The position numbers and the translations under genes were made by a program. From Candidatus Dasytiphilus stammeri (GTDB taxonomy: Bacteria > Pseudomonadota > Gammaproteobacteria > Enterobacterales > Enterobacteriaceae), in contig CP145885.1 of the NCBI GenBank assembly GCA_041941745.1, forward strand, positions 348,531-380,530: a stretch of 32,000 bases of DNA. Reading direction: 5' to 3'. The notes beneath the pieces were generated by a model that was not told where the DNA came from, made no database searches, and worked only from the letters and a program-made list of their open reading frames with translations. Positions 28,967 to 32,000 of this stretch are shown here, piece after piece (position 1 is the first letter of the stretch; each line of letters starts with the position of its first letter).

Positions 28967-29836
28967 ATGATTCAAAGTATGACAGCTTTTACACGACATG
29001 AAATAAAATATTCGTGGGGTTACGGTTTTTTAGAAATTCGTTCTTTAAACCAACGTTATTTAGAAATAAATGTAAGGTTACCTGAATATTTTCGTCATTT
29101 AGAACCGGAAATTCGTAATATCTTTCGTGATCATTTAAGTCGGGGAAAAATTGATTGTTATTTACAATTTGAAATTATCACCTCTAATAAAAATATTTTA
29201 AATATTAATAAAGAATTATTGTTTTGTATAATAGAAAAAATAAAATGGGTGAATATGCAATTTGATAGTAATAAAACTAAAATTAATCCTATAGATATTT
29301 TGCGGTGGCCAGGAGTAACAGTAAATGAAGAAGCAAAAATATCTTCTGGTGATACAGAATTACTTAATATAGTTAATATAACTATTAATGATTTAATAAA
29401 AGTAAGAGAAACAGAAGGCATTGCCTTAAAAAAAATTATTGAAAAACAACTAACTAATTTAAAAAATGAGATAAAGAAATTAAAAAATAAATTACCAGTA
29501 ATAAAAAAATTGCAACAAGAACGTTTTCTTATAAAATTACAATCATTTAAAGAACAAACTGAATCTAATAAACTGGAACAAGAAATTATATTATTTTTTC
29601 AACGATTTGATATTACGGAAGAATTAGATCGATTAGATATACATGTTAAAAAAATAAATCATATGTTAAATAAAAAAGAGCCAATAGGACGTAGATTAGA
29701 TTTTATGATGCAAGAGTTATTTAGAGAAACTAATACATTAGCTTCAAAAGCTATTAATATTGATATTATTAATTCAGCAATAGAAATTAAAGTATTTATT
29801 GAACAAATGAGAGAACAGATTCAAAATGTTGAATAA
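28967..29836 (+). CDS. yicC: YicC-family protein (stress-induced, endoribonuclease family)
   Basis: From ATG 28967, MIQSMTAFTRHEIK..WG....E.RS.NQRYLE...RLPE matches E. coli YicC. So do INP.DILRWPGV, RE.EG.ALK..IE, and the near-identical C-terminus GRRLDFMMQE..RE.NTLASK.IN....NSAIE.KV.IEQMREQIQN.E. Confidence 0.93.
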   Translation: MIQSMTAFTRHEIKYSWGYGFLEIRSLNQRYLEINVRLPEYFRHLEPEIRNIFRDHLSRGKIDCYLQFEIITSNKNILNINKELLFCIIEKIKWVNMQFDSNKTKINPIDILRWPGVTVNEEAKISSGDTELLNIVNITINDLIKVRETEGIALKKIIEKQLTNLKNEIKKLKNKLPVIKKLQQERFLIKLQSFKEQTESNKLEQEIILFFQRFDITEELDRLDIHVKKINHMLNKKEPIGRRLDFMMQELFRETNTLASKAINIDIINSAIEIKVFIEQMREQIQNVE

Positions 29837-29868
29837 TATTAAAATAAATAATCACTTATTCCTTAAAT

Positions 29869-30054
29869 TTAAGATATCATTCCCGCTTCAATTTCACGTA
29901 AAGCAAGAACAGTAGGTTTCTCATTTTCTTTTGAGAAAAAGAAATCGTTTTTATTATTAATTTGTATTTGACGTGCTCTTTTTGCGGCAATTAATACTAA
30001 ATCAAATCTATTACCGATTTTTTCTACAGCATTTTGAACTGTAATACGTGCCAT
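29869..30054 (-). CDS. rpoZ: DNA-directed RNA polymerase subunit omega (short form, 61 aa)
   Basis: From ATG 30054, [31 protein letters not shown]...[15 protein letters not shown] matches E. coli RpoZ residues 1-~60. The E. coli C-terminal ~30 aa are absent. It lies downstream of gmk, as in E. coli. Confidence 0.92.
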   Translation of the reverse strand: MARITVQNAVEKIGNRFDLVLIAAKRARQIQINNKNDFFFSKENEKPTVLALREIEAGMIS

Positions 30055-30086
30055 CAAATCTCTCCTTATTTGCAATATATATTTTT

Positions 30087-30707
30087 TTATTTTAATAAAT
30101 CATTAATAATTTTTTTATTACGTAATATTTGTACTTGCATTTTTAAATTTTCTGCTTTAATAATTGTATTTAATTCCATGATTGCCAAATTATAATTATT
30201 ATTTATGATTAAATAATCATATTCTAAATAGTGTTTCATTTCATTAACTGCTTCTTTAATTCTATTTTCAATAGATTCATAACTGTCTTGTCCTCGACAA
30301 TATAATCGTTTTGTTAATTCAATCTTGCTTGGGGGTAGTATATAAATACTACGTGCTAAGGGTATTTTTTTTCGTATTTGTTGTGCGCCTTGCCAATTGA
30401 TATCAAGTAATATATTAATACTAGAAGTTAATAACTCATTAATAGTTACATGTGAAGTGCCATAAAATGAACCGAATATTTCAGCATATTCTATAAATAA
30501 TCCTTGTTGAATCATTCTTTGAAACGCATCATTAGAAATGAAATAGTAATCACTACCATTGATTTCACCAGGTCTTTTTTTTCTAGTAGTATGTGAAACA
30601 GCTAATTTGGTTAAATTTAATTGTGGCATTTTTAATAATGCTTGAATTATACTTGATTTTCCTGCACCGCTAGGTGCAGAAATAATAAATAATATTCCTT
30701 GATTCAT
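30087..30707 (-). CDS. gmk: Guanylate kinase
   Basis: 206 aa: the P-loop [16 protein letters not shown], then [54 protein letters not shown], and YDYLI.N. Confidence 0.96.
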   Translation of the reverse strand: MNQGILFIISAPSGAGKSSIIQALLKMPQLNLTKLAVSHTTRKKRPGEINGSDYYFISNDAFQRMIQQGLFIEYAEIFGSFYGTSHVTINELLTSSINILLDINWQGAQQIRKKIPLARSIYILPPSKIELTKRLYCRGQDSYESIENRIKEAVNEMKHYLEYDYLIINNNYNLAIMELNTIIKAENLKMQVQILRNKKIINDLLK

Positions 30708-30851
30708 ATTAATAATAGTTCCATATATATTTGTTTTATAAACTGATCTAATATTATAAAGATATAGAATAAAATTTGCATATTTAATAAACTTAAAAAT
30801 TACTATTAATAACAGTTATTAACTATAATTTAATTCATAAGGATAATAAAT

Positions 30852-31403
30852 ATGAATATGAAATTTATTCCAGCAGGAAAAAAATTACCAGACGATATTT
30901 ATGTAATCATTGAAATATCGGCATGTGCTAATAATATTAAATATGAAATTGATAAAAAAACAGGGATATTATTTGTTGATCGTTTTTTAAGTACTTCTAT
31001 GTTTTATCCATGTAATTATGGGTATATAAATAATACATTAGCGTTGGATGGTGATCCATTAGATACCTTAGTTATTACACCCTATCCTATACAACCAAAT
31101 ACTGTTATTCGTTGTCGGCCGGTAAGTATGTTGAAAATGATTGATGATTCAGGTGAAGATTCTAAATTAATTGCTGTACCTTATTTTACTCTGACTAAAA
31201 AATATGATGATATTAAAAATATTGATGATTTACCTAAAACATTATGTGCAAGTATAAGTCATTTTTTTGAACATTATAAAGATTTAGAAAAAAATAAATG
31301 GACAAAAGTAATGAAATGGGTAGACGTAGAAATCGCTAAAAAAGAAATAATGATATGTTTTAACCGTGCTAATAAAATTATTAATAATGACTTTATTAGT
31401 TAA
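30852..31403 (+). CDS. ppa: Inorganic pyrophosphatase
   Basis: 183 aa: [64 protein letters not shown]...LKM.D..GED.KL.AVP, and [15 protein letters not shown], matching E. coli Ppa. The start could be ATG 30852 or 30858. Confidence 0.95.
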   Translation: MNMKFIPAGKKLPDDIYVIIEISACANNIKYEIDKKTGILFVDRFLSTSMFYPCNYGYINNTLALDGDPLDTLVITPYPIQPNTVIRCRPVSMLKMIDDSGEDSKLIAVPYFTLTKKYDDIKNIDDLPKTLCASISHFFEHYKDLEKNKWTKVMKWVDVEIAKKEIMICFNRANKIINNDFIS

Positions 31404-31571
31404 TTAACTTAATTTTTAAATATAAATTTATTCAGATAATTAATAAAAATTACATAATTGTTGCTTTATGTTTTTTAGTATAGTACATTATTATATGTAA
31501 ATATAGTATGCACTGACGGATATAAAAATTGTAATACCCGAGAGGAATAAAATTCTTTCAGGTAAAACATA

Positions 31572-32000
<429 letters not shown>

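Noticed and set aside
31404-31571. rRNA promoter and boxA antiterminator upstream of 16S
   Set aside because: TTGCTT (about 31461) has no well-spaced -10 element. The closest boxA-like string (AATTCTTTCAGGT against the consensus TGCTCTTTAACAA) matches only the CTTT core. This is not enough to annotate.

Overview
This is an AT-rich (roughly a quarter G+C by eye), gene-dense chromosome segment that uses the standard code. It comes from a genome-reduced gammaproteobacterial endosymbiont. Its proteins, tRNAs and 16S 5' end track Enterobacterales (E. coli-like) sequences closely; I cannot name the species from sequence alone. The window is a patchwork of E. coli-syntenic blocks joined by deletions: ddlB | secA-yacG; fmt-def | tsaC-aroE; hdfR | maoP; trxA-rho; argX-hisR-leuT-proM ... 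dapF ... corA; deoB-deoD; hslVU-glpK-fpr-tpiA-fieF; yibN; mutM-rpmG-rpmB-dut-pyrE-yicC; gmk-rpoZ; ppa; rrs. I call 32 intact CDSs. Two of them, yacG and rpmG, are too short for the ORF track. I also call 5 tRNAs, the 5' 429 nt of a 16S rRNA gene, and 3 still-readable pseudogenes (tsaC, maoP/yifE, dapF). I saw no transposase, integrase, phage gene, CRISPR array or recognisable defence or toxin system. The only clearly non-syntenic content is an intact two-gene operon at 11793-13281, sitting between the tRNA cluster and the dead dapF. It encodes a membrane-anchored OmpA-C-domain protein and a YsnF/DUF2382 stress-type protein. Other points worth a second look:
- a DUF721/DciA-like gene occupies the position of ftsQAZ-lpxC-secM between ddlB and secA
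- the SecA zinc-finger tail is truncated, with a vestigial KKYKQ downstream of the stops
- a perfect 15-bp inverted repeat lies at the fmt|yacG synteny junction
- the pattern of gene decay: t6A synthesis (tsaC), DAP epimerase (dapF) and the Ori-macrodomain factor (maoP).
All homology statements come from reading the translations against remembered E. coli sequences and family motifs. No search was run.
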